From an uncultured Arcobacteraceae bacterium (GTDB lineage Bacteria > Campylobacterota > Campylobacteria > Campylobacterales > Arcobacteraceae): 64,000 nucleotides of DNA. The notes beneath the pieces are model-generated. The model saw only the letters and a program-made list of their open reading frames with translations. It ran no database searches and had not been told where the DNA came from. The DNA is taken from NCBI GenBank assembly GCA_964022095.1, contig CAXHZO010000003.1, positions 1-64,000 of the forward strand, in the 5' to 3' direction. This document shows, piece by piece, positions 39,357-50,796 of this stretch (the first letter of the stretch is position 1; every line of letters begins with the position of its first letter). Both the position numbers and the translations under genes were made by a program.

Positions 39357-41007
39357 CAATACCATTTGCTAATAATTTTTGATAACTACTAGTATATAAT
39401 CTTTTACTCTCAACTGGATGTGACATATATCCAAGCTCGATTAATATCGATGGCATTTGAGCACCCACTAAAACCCAAAATGGTCCTTCTCTAACTCCTG
39501 AATCTTTCACATCTTTATATTTTTTGTGGGCAAACTGTAAAAGTCCTGATTGAACATCAATTGCTAATTTATGAGAAGCAGTGATTCTTGGTCTATTTAA
39601 TGATTCTAAAAATGCACTTTTAGTTGATGAACTCATTTTATTGATATCTTGTTTGTTTTCAATTGCTGCAACTCTTTTGGCCCTCTCACTTCTAGCTGGG
39701 CTTAAAAAGAAAGTCTCTATTCCTTGAATTTTATTAGCTTTTGATTTAGGTACAGAATTAGCATGAATTGAGATAAATATATCAGCATTTTTTCTATTAG
39801 CTAATTTTGTTCTATTTCTAACTTTGATAAATGTGTCTTTATATCTTGTTAAATATACCTTATGGCCTCTTTGTTTTAACATTGAGTATAAGTATTTTGC
39901 TACTTTTAGTGTTACAACTTTTTCATATCTTTTATTTGGACCAACAGCACCTGCATCATGTGCTCCATGCCCAGCATCAATTACAATTGTTCTTGGTCTA
40001 AAATTATCATAGGGAAGTTTCTTTTTTTCTTTTTCATTAACTGTAATTGTAAGAAGTTTACCACTAAGACTGTACTTTACATCAGTTTTATTAGTATTTC
40101 TAACTTTTATTCTAACAGCTGTTTTTGCATAATCAGTTACTATTACTCTATCGATGTCATCAACTTTTATCACTGTAGGTTTTGTATGTGCAAACTTACC
40201 TTTTATATCAAAAACATTTTCATAGTTCTTACCATATTTATAGGCTTTGTATTTAATATTTTTTAGAGTTGGAGTTTTATTAAATCTTACATATATTTTA
40301 TTATTTGATGCTGTAATTGTTCTTATTTCATTTTTCTTATCAACATAAGGATTTCCCTTTTCTTCTTGCTCTAAGAACTTTTTTTGAACATCTTTTACAC
40401 TAATAACAATTTGTTTGTCATTTATTTCATAGCTTGTACTTAGGTTTTTTTTATCAGAAAAAACTATTCTTAATACATTTGGCTTAAACTGACCTATAGT
40501 GATTTTACCAACACCATTCATTGTAAGTTTAGTTGGCGCTGCATCTTTAAAATAACCATTTATATCAAATACATCTTTAACTAATGGTTTTTGTTTTAGT
40601 TCAAAAAACTTTATATCATCTTTTGTTACATCAACATTAAAGTCAACTATTACTTTATTACCTTGTGTATAAACAGATTCTATAGCATATTTTACATCTG
40701 GTTCATTTGATGATTTTGTTTTTTTACTGATAGTTTTTTTTGTAATAACTTTTGTTGTTTTTGAAATCTTATTCTCACGATTTAATAAAATTTCTAGTTT
40801 TTTCTTATCTGGAGTTATATCTTTGTTTAGCTTTTCACCTAAAACAATAAGTTTTTTAAGTTCTTTGATTTTTGTATCATTGTCTTTTTTAAGAACAGCC
40901 TTTAAGTATTCCATTCGGGCTGTTCTATAATCATCTTTTATAGATGCATAAGTAGATGATGCAAATATAAATACAAGAAGGATTAAGAGGAAAAAATTTC
41001 TAAAAAT
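39319..41007 (-). CDS. amiA: N-acetylmuramoyl-L-alanine amidase (AMIN-like domains + Amidase_3); likely ATT start at 41007
   Basis: IDAGHG, EK, SIHAN, LIELGY; in-frame upstream extension encodes a signal peptide; synteny with fabX-tyrS-spoT. Confidence 0.9.
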   Translation of the reverse strand: MFRNFFLLILLVFIFASSTYASIKDDYRTARMEYLKAVLKKDNDTKIKELKKLIVLGEKLNKDITPDKKKLEILLNRENKISKTTKVITKKTISKKTKSSNEPDVKYAIESVYTQGNKVIVDFNVDVTKDDIKFFELKQKPLVKDVFDINGYFKDAAPTKLTMNGVGKITIGQFKPNVLRIVFSDKKNLSTSYEINDKQIVISVKDVQKKFLEQEEKGNPYVDKKNEIRTITASNNKIYVRFNKTPTLKNIKYKAYKYGKNYENVFDIKGKFAHTKPTVIKVDDIDRVIVTDYAKTAVRIKVRNTNKTDVKYSLSGKLLTITVNEKEKKKLPYDNFRPRTIVIDAGHGAHDAGAVGPNKRYEKVVTLKVAKYLYSMLKQRGHKVYLTRYKDTFIKVRNRTKLANRKNADIFISIHANSVPKSKANKIQGIETFFLSPARSERAKRVAAIENKQDINKMSSSTKSAFLESLNRPRITASHKLAIDVQSGLLQFAHKKYKDVKDSGVREGPFWVLVGAQMPSILIELGYMSHPVESKRLYTSSYQKLLANGIANGVDSYFSKNP

Positions 41008-41008
41008 T

Positions 41009-42088
41009 CTATTCTCCTTTAGTCAATTTTTCCATTAGTTCATGTACAGAAATAAGTTTGTTTATTCTATAACCATTTGCTCCAGTAAAGAATAGTCCTG
41101 TATCTTCATCACCATTATATGCAGCACCTAGTCTATCTGCAATACAATAACCAACAGCTTTTGCCTCTACTCCTCTATTACAAGGAGCAACACAGTTAGA
41201 AATACATTGTACTTTTGGTGCTGTATTATTTGCCATTGAAAAATGTAGCTTTGTTTTTACTGATCTTGCAGGTAATCCAACTGGTGACTTACCTAATTTT
41301 ATATCATCTTTTTCTGCATCAACTAGTACATTCTTTAGGTTTTCATGTGCATCACATTCAAATGTACCAATAAATCTTGTTGCCATTTGAACACCAGTAC
41401 AACCTAATTCTTGGAATTTTTCAATATCATTTTTATCCCATATACCACCAGCTGCAATAACAGGAATATCTCCCCATTTTTTAGCTTCTTCAATCACTGG
41501 TTCTACAATATTTTCTAATTGGAATTCTTCTTTAAAACAATCTTCATATTTGAATCCTTGGTGTCCACCACTTAAAGGACCTTCAACAATAACTGCATCT
41601 GGAATTTTGTCATATTTTTGCCATTTTTTACAAATTAATTTTAATGCTCTTGCACTTGATACAATTGGAACTAATGCTACATCTGGATGATCTTTTGTAA
41701 ACTCTGGCATATTTGTAGGAAGTCCAGCTCCAGTGATAATAATATCAACACCAGCTTCACATGCATCTTTTACAACTCTTCCGTAATCATTAATTGCATA
41801 TAAAATATTACAACCTAAAGGTGCATCACCACAAATTTTTCTTGCATTTGCAATAATTTCAAAAAGTGAGTCTCTATTATAAAAATTTGCTACATCTTTT
41901 GGCTTATCTTTTTTAGTGATAATTTGAACACTTTCACTTTTATTTCTATAGTAACCAGTACCAACTGCAGAAACTACACCAAGTCCACCTTCCTTACTTA
42001 CGTTTCCAGCTAATTGGTCCCAACTTATACCAACACCCATACCACCTTGAATGATTGGGTGCTTAATTTCATACTTTCCTATTTTCAA
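41009..42088 (-). CDS. fabX: Nitronate monooxygenase family protein, FabX-like dehydrogenase/isomerase
   Basis: IIQGGMG, SGGHQG, IAAGG, CISNCVAPC...YC Cys cluster; same position as H. pylori HP0773 between amiA and tyrS. Confidence 0.8.
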   Translation of the reverse strand: MKIGKYEIKHPIIQGGMGVGISWDQLAGNVSKEGGLGVVSAVGTGYYRNKSESVQIITKKDKPKDVANFYNRDSLFEIIANARKICGDAPLGCNILYAINDYGRVVKDACEAGVDIIITGAGLPTNMPEFTKDHPDVALVPIVSSARALKLICKKWQKYDKIPDAVIVEGPLSGGHQGFKYEDCFKEEFQLENIVEPVIEEAKKWGDIPVIAAGGIWDKNDIEKFQELGCTGVQMATRFIGTFECDAHENLKNVLVDAEKDDIKLGKSPVGLPARSVKTKLHFSMANNTAPKVQCISNCVAPCNRGVEAKAVGYCIADRLGAAYNGDEDTGLFFTGANGYRINKLISVHELMEKLTKGE

Positions 42089-42099
42089 AATTAGCCCTT

Positions 42100-43308
42100 C
42101 TAGTTTATTGTTATCTTAGCGAAATTCTTTTTACCTTTTTGTAAAATGTATTCACCTTTTTGTAAATTTAATTTATCATCATTTACTTTTTCTTGATTTA
42201 GCTTTACAGCACCTGCTTTTACATCTCTTCTTGCTTGTGACGTTGAAGGCACTAGTTTTGCATCAACAAGTGCTTGACAAATCCAAATTTCACCTTCAAA
42301 AGTATATTCGTCCATATCTGTTGGTATATCTTTTTTTGCAAAAACTTTTTTAAACTCTTCTTTTGCTTTTTCACCATTTCCTTCACCATGAAATCTATTT
42401 ACAATCTCAATAGCCAAGGCATCTTTTACATCTTTTGGATGAATTGATTTATTCTCAACTCCAGCTTTTAACTCATCTATTTCTTTTAATGACTTTGTAG
42501 ATAATAATTCATAATATCTCCACATTAACTCATCACTAATTGATAGTGTTTTTCCAAACATATCAAAAGCTTCATCAGTAACACCAATATAGTTTCCTAA
42601 AGATTTAGACATTTTTTGAACACCATCTAAACCTTCTAAAATAGGCATCATTAATACTGCTTGTTGTTTTTTACAGTTATATGCTTTTTGTAAAGTTCTT
42701 CCCATTAATAAGTTAAACTTTTGGTCAGTTCCACCAAGCTCTATATCTGTATCCATTGCAACTGAATCATATCCTTGAAGTAATGGATAAGTAAATTCAC
42801 TCACTGCAATTGGCGTATTTGAGGCATATCTTTTAGAAAAATCATCTCTTTCTAACATTCTTGCAACTGTTAAGTTTGAAGCAAGTGATATTAATCCACC
42901 CGTTCCTAAATCTTTTAGCCATTTTGAATTGAATTTTACTTCTGTCTTACTCTCATCTAAAATTTTAAATACTTGTTCTTTATAACTTTGAGCATTTTCT
43001 AAAACCTGATCTTCACTTAATACTTTTCTTGTTTCACTTTTTCCAGTTGGATCTCCAATTGTTGCAGTAAAATCTCCAATTAAAAATTGAACAATTCCTC
43101 CAAATTTTTGGAAGGTCGCAAGTTTTTGTATTAATACTGTATGTCCTAAATGTAAATCAGGAGCAGTTGGATCAAAACCAGCTTTTACATAAAAGTTTTC
43201 ACCTGTTTCAAAATAGTTTCTTATAAGCTTTTCAATTCTTTCAATATCTATTATTTCAGCTGTTCCTCTTTGTATCTCAGCTAGTGCTTCTTGAACTTTG
43301 TTTTCCAT
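42100..43308 (-). CDS. tyrS: Tyrosine--tRNA ligase
   Basis: [24 protein letters not shown]-terminal S4 domain. Confidence 0.97.
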   Translation of the reverse strand: MENKVQEALAEIQRGTAEIIDIERIEKLIRNYFETGENFYVKAGFDPTAPDLHLGHTVLIQKLATFQKFGGIVQFLIGDFTATIGDPTGKSETRKVLSEDQVLENAQSYKEQVFKILDESKTEVKFNSKWLKDLGTGGLISLASNLTVARMLERDDFSKRYASNTPIAVSEFTYPLLQGYDSVAMDTDIELGGTDQKFNLLMGRTLQKAYNCKKQQAVLMMPILEGLDGVQKMSKSLGNYIGVTDEAFDMFGKTLSISDELMWRYYELLSTKSLKEIDELKAGVENKSIHPKDVKDALAIEIVNRFHGEGNGEKAKEEFKKVFAKKDIPTDMDEYTFEGEIWICQALVDAKLVPSTSQARRDVKAGAVKLNQEKVNDDKLNLQKGEYILQKGKKNFAKITIN

Positions 43309-43327
43309 TAAACTCTCTTACCCTTTA

Positions 43328-45472
43328 CTAATTTTTATATGCATCTTTCTTTGAAAAAAATTCTATTACTTTTACTTTTTTTTCTATAATTTTTCTTACT
43401 TCTTCATTATTCGATTTATTTATTTCAAACTCAATATCACAATATTGTCTGTACGAATGTTTTTGTCTACCAAAATCTACAGATAAAATATAGATCTCAT
43501 ATTGAGACATGTGAGTTAGTAATCTTGCTAATTCACCTTTTGTATTTGGAAGAGATACAAGCATTTTATATTGGTAAACTGTATCTTTAGTCCATTTACA
43601 AAATAGCATTTGATGTTTTGTTAATATTTTATTATACGCTTTATCACACATTTTATGGTGAATAACAGCATTGTTTCCATCTCTAAAAGCTACAATGTCA
43701 TCGCCAAATTTTGGGTGACAACAGTGGTCAAATGATACAGAATTAATACTAAAATTAGAATATACTAACATATTATCAAATTTAAACTCTTTTATTTTAC
43801 TAGTTAAGATTTTAAATCTTGTCATTATTCCTCTATCAGCAATGATTTTTTTCTCAATTTGTAACTTTGCGTGCTTAAAATAGTCCAAAATCTGTGGAAT
43901 CTTATGTGGTGATTCAACTTCATACTTACTTGTTATATCTTCATAATATCTATTAAAGACAGTATTTATAATATTTTTACCATAAAGTATGTCTATTTCT
44001 TTTTGTCTGTGGGCACATAAAAGCTTGATTTGTTTTTTTGCTCGAGATGTTTTTACCATTTCAAGCCATGAACATCTAGCAAGCTCTTTGTCTGATGTTT
44101 CAATTTGTACAATATCAGTACTTTTAAGTTCACTTAATAGAGGTTTTTTTATTTTATTAATATAACAACCATTTGCTCTTTTTCCAACATCACTATGAAC
44201 TAAATATGCAAAATCTAAGGCAGTAGAGCCAACAGGAAGATTAAATATTTCACCTTTTGGAGAGTATACTATTATCTCTTCAGTATATAAATGATCTTTT
44301 GTTTCTTGATAAAACTCTTCTACATTTTCATTTGAAAACTCTAAAGATTTTAACCAGTTAAGATTTGTAGTATTTTTTTCACCAGTTTTATACTTCCAAT
44401 GAGCAGCAATTCCATACTCTGCAACTTTGTTCATCTCAAATGATCTAATTTGAATTTCATAAATTTTAGAGTTATAAAATACAGTTGTATGAATAGTTTG
44501 ATAACCATTCTCTTTTGGTGTTGCAATATAGTCTTTAAATCTTGAAATTAATGGTTTATACTCTAAGTGAATAAAACCTAAAACATTATAACAATCAATA
44601 TCTTCTGGAAGTAAGATTCTAATGGCAAATAAATCAAGTACTTCATCAATAGAAATACCTTTTCTTTGCATTTTTAAATATATTGAATAATGGTGTTTTA
44701 TTCTACTGTAGATCTTGATTTTCTCTAAATCAAAACCATTTTTTTCTAATAAGTCTTTAGTTGTAGATATAAAATTATTAAAAGTCAACTGCATTGCATG
44801 CTCATTATCTTTTAAGAATTTATCTATTTTTTTATACTCATCTGGATAAATATAAAAAAATGCTAAATCTTCTAAAGCATTTTTAAGTGTTGAAATACCA
44901 AGTCTATTAGCAATTGGTACATATACAACTAAAGTCTCTTCAGCTATTCTTCTTTGCTTATTATCAGGAAGTGCTGATAGTGTAAGCATATTGTGAAGTC
45001 TGTCACAAAGTTTTACAACTAATACTCTAACATCATCAATTGAAGCAATTAACATTTTTCTAAATGTTAGCGCTGATGATACTAATTTTGCATCATTTGT
45101 ATTATTTGAAGGAACAAATTCATGCTCTCTAATTTCAACAATTTTAGTTAATCCATCAACCATATGAGCAATATCAAATCCCCATCTTTGTTGAACATAT
45201 TCAAGTGAATAATTAGTGTCTTCAACAACATCATGAAGTAGGGCAGTTGCAATTATTGCTTCATCTTTTGAAAAGTGAGCAGTTATACTAGCAACTAAAA
45301 TTGGGTGAACACAATAAGGCTCTCCACTTTTTCTATACTGACCTTCATGGGCTGTTATAACAAAATCTATTATTTCTTTTAATTTTGGAGTGAGTGTAGT
45401 TTCTGATTCTAACTCTTTGATAGCTTCGTCAACAGTGTTTATCTGTTGAACTCTTTTAATAAATGGATCCAT
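43328..45472 (-). CDS. spoT: Bifunctional (p)ppGpp synthetase/hydrolase
   Basis: HD domain (LHDVVED), synthetase (PKENGYQTIHT, EIQIR), TGS and ACT domains. Confidence 0.96.
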   Translation of the reverse strand: MDPFIKRVQQINTVDEAIKELESETTLTPKLKEIIDFVITAHEGQYRKSGEPYCVHPILVASITAHFSKDEAIIATALLHDVVEDTNYSLEYVQQRWGFDIAHMVDGLTKIVEIREHEFVPSNNTNDAKLVSSALTFRKMLIASIDDVRVLVVKLCDRLHNMLTLSALPDNKQRRIAEETLVVYVPIANRLGISTLKNALEDLAFFYIYPDEYKKIDKFLKDNEHAMQLTFNNFISTTKDLLEKNGFDLEKIKIYSRIKHHYSIYLKMQRKGISIDEVLDLFAIRILLPEDIDCYNVLGFIHLEYKPLISRFKDYIATPKENGYQTIHTTVFYNSKIYEIQIRSFEMNKVAEYGIAAHWKYKTGEKNTTNLNWLKSLEFSNENVEEFYQETKDHLYTEEIIVYSPKGEIFNLPVGSTALDFAYLVHSDVGKRANGCYINKIKKPLLSELKSTDIVQIETSDKELARCSWLEMVKTSRAKKQIKLLCAHRQKEIDILYGKNIINTVFNRYYEDITSKYEVESPHKIPQILDYFKHAKLQIEKKIIADRGIMTRFKILTSKIKEFKFDNMLVYSNFSINSVSFDHCCHPKFGDDIVAFRDGNNAVIHHKMCDKAYNKILTKHQMLFCKWTKDTVYQYKMLVSLPNTKGELARLLTHMSQYEIYILSVDFGRQKHSYRQYCDIEFEINKSNNEEVRKIIEKKVKVIEFFSKKDAYKN

Positions 45473-45483
45473 TAAATTTAGAC

Positions 45484-45512
45484 CTAGATATAAGAAAAGT
45501 TCTTATATCTAG
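45484..45512. promoter_or_regulatory. Intra-operonic hairpin between rpoZ and spoT
   Basis: 13-bp perfect stem CTAGATATAAGAA-aag-TTCTTATATCTAG overlapping the rpoZ stop codon. Confidence 0.6.
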
Positions 45513-45724
45513 TTTTTGTCTACTAAACCTTCGATTACTAATAAACCATTTGCAATTTCATCAATTGCAATATCAGTATATTTCATTTTTTGAGTGTTTT
45601 GCTCTAAAAGTGGCTTTGCACCTTTGCTTAATTCATCTGCTCTTTGACCAACAGCAATAGCTAAAATATATCTATCATTGTTTACTTGTTTTAAAGCTTT
45701 TGTCATTCTTTCTTCTAATCTCAT
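45509..45724 (-). CDS. rpoZ: RNA polymerase omega subunit
   Basis: DRYILAIAVGQRA, IAIDEIA; position upstream of spoT. Confidence 0.93.
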   Translation of the reverse strand: MRLEERMTKALKQVNNDRYILAIAVGQRADELSKGAKPLLEQNTQKMKYTDIAIDEIANGLLVIEGLVDKN

Positions 45725-45741
45725 TTAAATTCCTCTATGAT

Positions 45742-46461
<720 letters not shown>

Positions 46462-46507
46462 TTAATATTTTGCGAGTATATCTAAAATTTTATTAACAAT
46501 TACTTAC

Positions 46508-47575
46508 TTAACTTAAGGCCCATTCATAAAAAGGTAAAATATTAATTTTTAGATTAGGATCTTTTATAATTTCACTGTTTGAAATGGTAATAATATTTAT
46601 CTCTTTGATACTTAATTCTTTTGCAGTTTTAATGATTTTTCTAAGTGAACTTGCCATTAAAATTGAGTTGAAAAATGGAATTGATACAACTGCTTGATTT
46701 TGTGATTTTATATAAAAATCTATGTTATCTGCGTAATATAATTCACTGTATTTAGAGTTTAATTCTAAAAAAACCATATTTGAAAACTCATTTTTAAACT
46801 TTTTATTATGTGTTATTGCATTAAAAAATGCATGATTGTAACAGTATATTTTTTTTGTGGATTTCTGTTGATTATATTTTTCCAAAAAATAGATTGTTTT
46901 ATCATTCTGAAGCTTTTTGCATGTATCATAAAACATATCTTTTGAGACTTTAATTTTTGTTTTTAAAGTGTTGAATAGTTGAAATAAAGACTTCTTTTCA
47001 TCGATATTTTCAATAAGTATTTTTAGGATTTCATATTGTGTATTATTTGAAGATTGTAGACTTAAAATCTCTTGTAGTCTATGTATCTTTTTATGCTCTT
47101 CAAGAGGAATGATTTCTGGTAAATTACCAAATTTTAGGAAGTTATTAAAACTATTTGTAATATTTTGATGTCTTTGGTCATGTAAAATATACTCTTCAAA
47201 GTCCAAGGGATTAACTATGATATTTTTAAAACCCTTAATCTTTTTGTTTATATTTGATGAAATAATTATATTATCACAGTAAGGTAAATCAAAATTAAAA
47301 TCAAAATTTTCCAAAACTAAAACTTTGATTTTGTTTTTTCTTAAAAATGAGTCAAGGTTTTGTTCAATTTCTTCATAATCATTTCTTGTATCTTTAAAAT
47401 CAATATAAAGATATTCATCAGTTTTAAAAAGAGATAAATAATCATAAATTAAGTAACTTTTTCCAACACTACAAGCCCCATAAATAATAGTTTTTGGATG
47501 AGTGATTTTAATCTTTCTTTCTAAAAAGCTTACTTTAGAAAAATTTAATTCATATGAGGCTTCTAGACTTTTCAT
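46508..47575 (-). CDS. AAA_14/DUF4143-like ATP-binding protein
   Basis: Walker A GACSVGKS, PLDFEEY, FGNLP, KKIY. Confidence 0.7.
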   Translation of the reverse strand: MKSLEASYELNFSKVSFLERKIKITHPKTIIYGACSVGKSYLIYDYLSLFKTDEYLYIDFKDTRNDYEEIEQNLDSFLRKNKIKVLVLENFDFNFDLPYCDNIIISSNINKKIKGFKNIIVNPLDFEEYILHDQRHQNITNSFNNFLKFGNLPEIIPLEEHKKIHRLQEILSLQSSNNTQYEILKILIENIDEKKSLFQLFNTLKTKIKVSKDMFYDTCKKLQNDKTIYFLEKYNQQKSTKKIYCYNHAFFNAITHNKKFKNEFSNMVFLELNSKYSELYYADNIDFYIKSQNQAVVSIPFFNSILMASSLRKIIKTAKELSIKEINIITISNSEIIKDPNLKINILPFYEWALS

Positions 47576-47578
47576 AGC

Positions 47579-48499
47579 TTAATTTTTTGCTAAACTCACA
47601 GCTTCTTTGATTGCATTTACATAACTTTTTATGTTTACTTTTTCATTTTTATATGCGATATTAAATGCCGTTCCATGATCAACTGAAGTTCTAATAATAG
47701 GAAGATTTAAACTTACATTTATGCTTTCATCAAAATATAAAGCTTTTAGTGGAGCTAGTCCTTGATCATGATACATTGCTACAAAGTGTTTGTAGTTTTT
47801 TCTTGACATTGGCGAAAAAGCAGTATCAGGAACTAAGGGACCTTTAAATACTTTTTTATCTAAAATCTTATTGGCATTTTTTATAGCTTTAAAAATATCA
47901 ATCTCTTCATCACCTAAAACACCATTGTCACTTGCATGGGGATTTAATCCTAAAACACCGATTTTTTTTGCTTTAACATTTTTGTAAAAATCAACTAAAA
48001 ATTGTGTAAGATCAGCTTCATTTATTTTTTTTGCTACTTTTTTTAGTGGTATATGTTCTGTATAAAGTCCTACAAACATCTTTTTACATCCAAGCATCAT
48101 AATTGCATTTTTACCAAAATAGTCTCTTAGCACTTCTGTATGACCTTTATAGCTTATATCTGCTAGACTCCATGACTCTTTATTAATAGGAAGTGTACAA
48201 ATAGCATCAACTTCTTTTTTATCTGCTAGTTTTATAGCATCAAAAAATGACTCAAAAGAGTATTTCCCTGCGTTTTTATTAACAACACCTGGTTTGATGT
48301 TAAATTCACCTTTTGTTTCATATATATTCATATCTTTAGGAATCTTAAGATTTAACTGTTTTGCTGCTCTTTTTAGCATTTTATTGTTTATACAATAAAC
48401 TGGTTCACAATATTTAGATATCTTTTCATGAGTTATTAAAGCGATTTCAATACCAATTCCATTTAAATCTCCAACACTTATTGCTATTTTTGGTTTCAT
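47579..48499 (-). CDS. pdxA: 4-hydroxythreonine-4-phosphate dehydrogenase
   Basis: GHTE, LNPHA, MYHDQG, RTSVDHGTA. Confidence 0.96.
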   Translation of the reverse strand: MKPKIAISVGDLNGIGIEIALITHEKISKYCEPVYCINNKMLKRAAKQLNLKIPKDMNIYETKGEFNIKPGVVNKNAGKYSFESFFDAIKLADKKEVDAICTLPINKESWSLADISYKGHTEVLRDYFGKNAIMMLGCKKMFVGLYTEHIPLKKVAKKINEADLTQFLVDFYKNVKAKKIGVLGLNPHASDNGVLGDEEIDIFKAIKNANKILDKKVFKGPLVPDTAFSPMSRKNYKHFVAMYHDQGLAPLKALYFDESINVSLNLPIIRTSVDHGTAFNIAYKNEKVNIKSYVNAIKEAVSLAKN

Positions 48500-48507
48500 T
48501 CTTTGCC

Positions 48508-49287
48508 TTAGTTTATTAATTCTTTCATATCAGTAATTGCTTTACCAAGACCTGTAAAAACACTTCTTGCAATAATACTTTGTCCAATATTTAATTCACT
48601 AATTCCTTTAATATTAGAAATTAATGTTACATTTTGATAATTTAGCCCATGACCTGCTGCTACTTTTAAATTCTGTTTTAAAGCAGATTTTGTTGCATCA
48701 TTTATATAAGTAATTGATTCATCAAGTTTTTCTTTTAGCTGTGTTTTGCTTAATTGTAATTCTTCAATTGTATGATGAGTTTGTGCTAAATTTGTGTATA
48801 ACATTGCATATACATTTGCAAAAGTTCCAGTATGAAGTTCAATCCACTGTACATTTAGTTTTGAACAAAGTTCAATAATCTCTAAATCAGGATCCACAAA
48901 TAGTGATACTTCAATCTCATTTTCATGAAGTTTTTGGACTGCTTTTTTTATTCTTTCAAAATTAGATTCAATATCTAATCCACCTTCGGTTGTTACTTCA
49001 TCCCGATTTTCAGGAACTAATGTAGCTCTATGAGGTTTTAATTTACATACAATATCAATTATATCTTCATTTATTGAACACTCTAAATTAACAGGTAGGG
49101 CACTTTGTTGTATAATTGCAACTGCATCATTATCATGAATATGTCTTCTGTCTTCTCTTAAATGAATAGTGATTTGATCTGCACCATTTAGTTTACAAAT
49201 TCCAAGGGCATCTAGGGGATTTGGGTCGTTTATTTTTCTCGCTTCTCTTAAAACTGCGATGTGGTCTATGTTTACGCCAAGTAACAA
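48508..49287 (-). CDS. pdxJ: Pyridoxine 5'-phosphate synthase
   Basis: GVNIDH, HLREDRRHI, TTEGG, ELHTG, AGHGL. Confidence 0.97.
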   Translation of the reverse strand: MLLGVNIDHIAVLREARKINDPNPLDALGICKLNGADQITIHLREDRRHIHDNDAVAIIQQSALPVNLECSINEDIIDIVCKLKPHRATLVPENRDEVTTEGGLDIESNFERIKKAVQKLHENEIEVSLFVDPDLEIIELCSKLNVQWIELHTGTFANVYAMLYTNLAQTHHTIEELQLSKTQLKEKLDESITYINDATKSALKQNLKVAAGHGLNYQNVTLISNIKGISELNIGQSIIARSVFTGLGKAITDMKELIN

Positions 49288-49377
49288 TATATATCCTTTA
49301 AATAGGCTTTTTTAGTGTAATGATTATAACGAAAAATTAATAAAGAAGAATTATAAAGAGAGTATGAATTAAAAGAC

Positions 49378-50787
49378 TTAAGATAAGTCTTTTAATGTAG
49401 ATATATTAGCTGCAAGTTTATTATGAACTTCTAAGTACTCTTCTTCTGGGATAGAATCAGCAACTACTCCTGCCCCTGCTTGGAATATGATTTTATCATC
49501 AGTTATCATTGATGTTCTAATAGTAATTGCACTATCCATATTCCCATCAAAACCAAAGTAAGCAATACTTCCAGAATAGAAGTTTCTTTTTATACCTTCA
49601 AACTGAGCAATTAATTCCATGGCTCTAATTTTAGGAGCTCCTGTCATAGTTCCAGCTGTAAAAGTTGCTGCAAATAAATCAAACATGTCATATTTATCAT
49701 CTATAACTGCTTCAACATCAGAAACGATATGCATAACATGAGAGTATCTTTCAACTCTCATTAAATCAGTTACTTTAACTGTACCTGGCCGTGCAACTCT
49801 TCCAACATCATTTCTTCCTAAATCTACAAGCATTAGATGTTCAGCTCTCTCTTTAGGATTGTTAATCATCTCTTCTTCCATTTCAAGGTCTTTTTCTATA
49901 GTTTTACCTCGTTTTCTAGTTCCTGCAATTGGTCTTAAAAGTAAATGACCATCAACTAATCTAATCATAACTTCAGGAGAACTTCCTGCAATTGCAAATT
50001 TTTCAAACTCTAATAAAAATAGGTATGGACTAGGATTTTTACTTCTTAAAGCTCTGTAAAAACTAAGATTATCGACAACTGCTTTTTGAGTAAATCTATT
50101 TGACATAAGTATTTGAAATACATCACCTGATTTTATCATCTCTTTAGATTTTGCAACCATTTCAAAGAACTTCTCTTTTGAGTAGTTAAAATTACCTTCA
50201 TCAATTAAAGTAGCTTTTTTAAGAGGTGTAAATTCATATGGTGTATATAGTTCTTCTTGGATTTTTTCTAAATCATCTTTTTTCTCTTCAAGTGAAGTTA
50301 CCATAACTAATTTTGATGTTTTATGAGAAAAACCTAAAATGATTTTTGGTCTAATAAGGTCTAAATCAGGAATATTTAATTGGTCTTCTAGTGGATCCAT
50401 ATATTTTTTTAATACTGGTTCAAACTCTTTTCCAATATCAAAACCTACATTTCCAATAAATCCATCAATTAATCCAATACCTAGTTCTTGACTTTTTTCT
50501 TTGTAAATTTCTTTATCAAAGTTTTTGTAGTATTTTTTTAAAAACTTTAAAGGATTAGATTCTACTTGTGAAGTCTCACCTTTTTCATTCTTAAAAAAAC
50601 ATACATTGTTTTCATACCAAACTCGCTCACGTGCGCCAATAATTATATATGAATAGTTTCCATCACTTGAATTGATTGTACTTTCAAATAAAAAAGTGAT
50701 TTCATCTTTATAAAGATTCTTCACTTTTTCATATATTGAAACAGGCGTAAACTGATCTAAAAATAGTTCTTTGTTATAAAAATTCAT
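49378..50787 (-). CDS. trpE: Anthranilate synthase component I
   Basis: NPSPY, SSPE, PIAGT, EHLMLVDLGRND, GAPKIRAM. Confidence 0.85.
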   Translation of the reverse strand: MNFYNKELFLDQFTPVSIYEKVKNLYKDEITFLFESTINSSDGNYSYIIIGARERVWYENNVCFFKNEKGETSQVESNPLKFLKKYYKNFDKEIYKEKSQELGIGLIDGFIGNVGFDIGKEFEPVLKKYMDPLEDQLNIPDLDLIRPKIILGFSHKTSKLVMVTSLEEKKDDLEKIQEELYTPYEFTPLKKATLIDEGNFNYSKEKFFEMVAKSKEMIKSGDVFQILMSNRFTQKAVVDNLSFYRALRSKNPSPYLFLLEFEKFAIAGSSPEVMIRLVDGHLLLRPIAGTRKRGKTIEKDLEMEEEMINNPKERAEHLMLVDLGRNDVGRVARPGTVKVTDLMRVERYSHVMHIVSDVEAVIDDKYDMFDLFAATFTAGTMTGAPKIRAMELIAQFEGIKRNFYSGSIAYFGFDGNMDSAITIRTSMITDDKIIFQAGAGVVADSIPEEEYLEVHNKLAANISTLKDLS

Positions 50788-50796
50788 TCACTCTCT

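Noticed and set aside
46508-47575. AAA ATPase as an anti-phage system
   Set aside because: Sits in the pdxJ-pdxA run, looks degenerate, and has no recognisable effector partner
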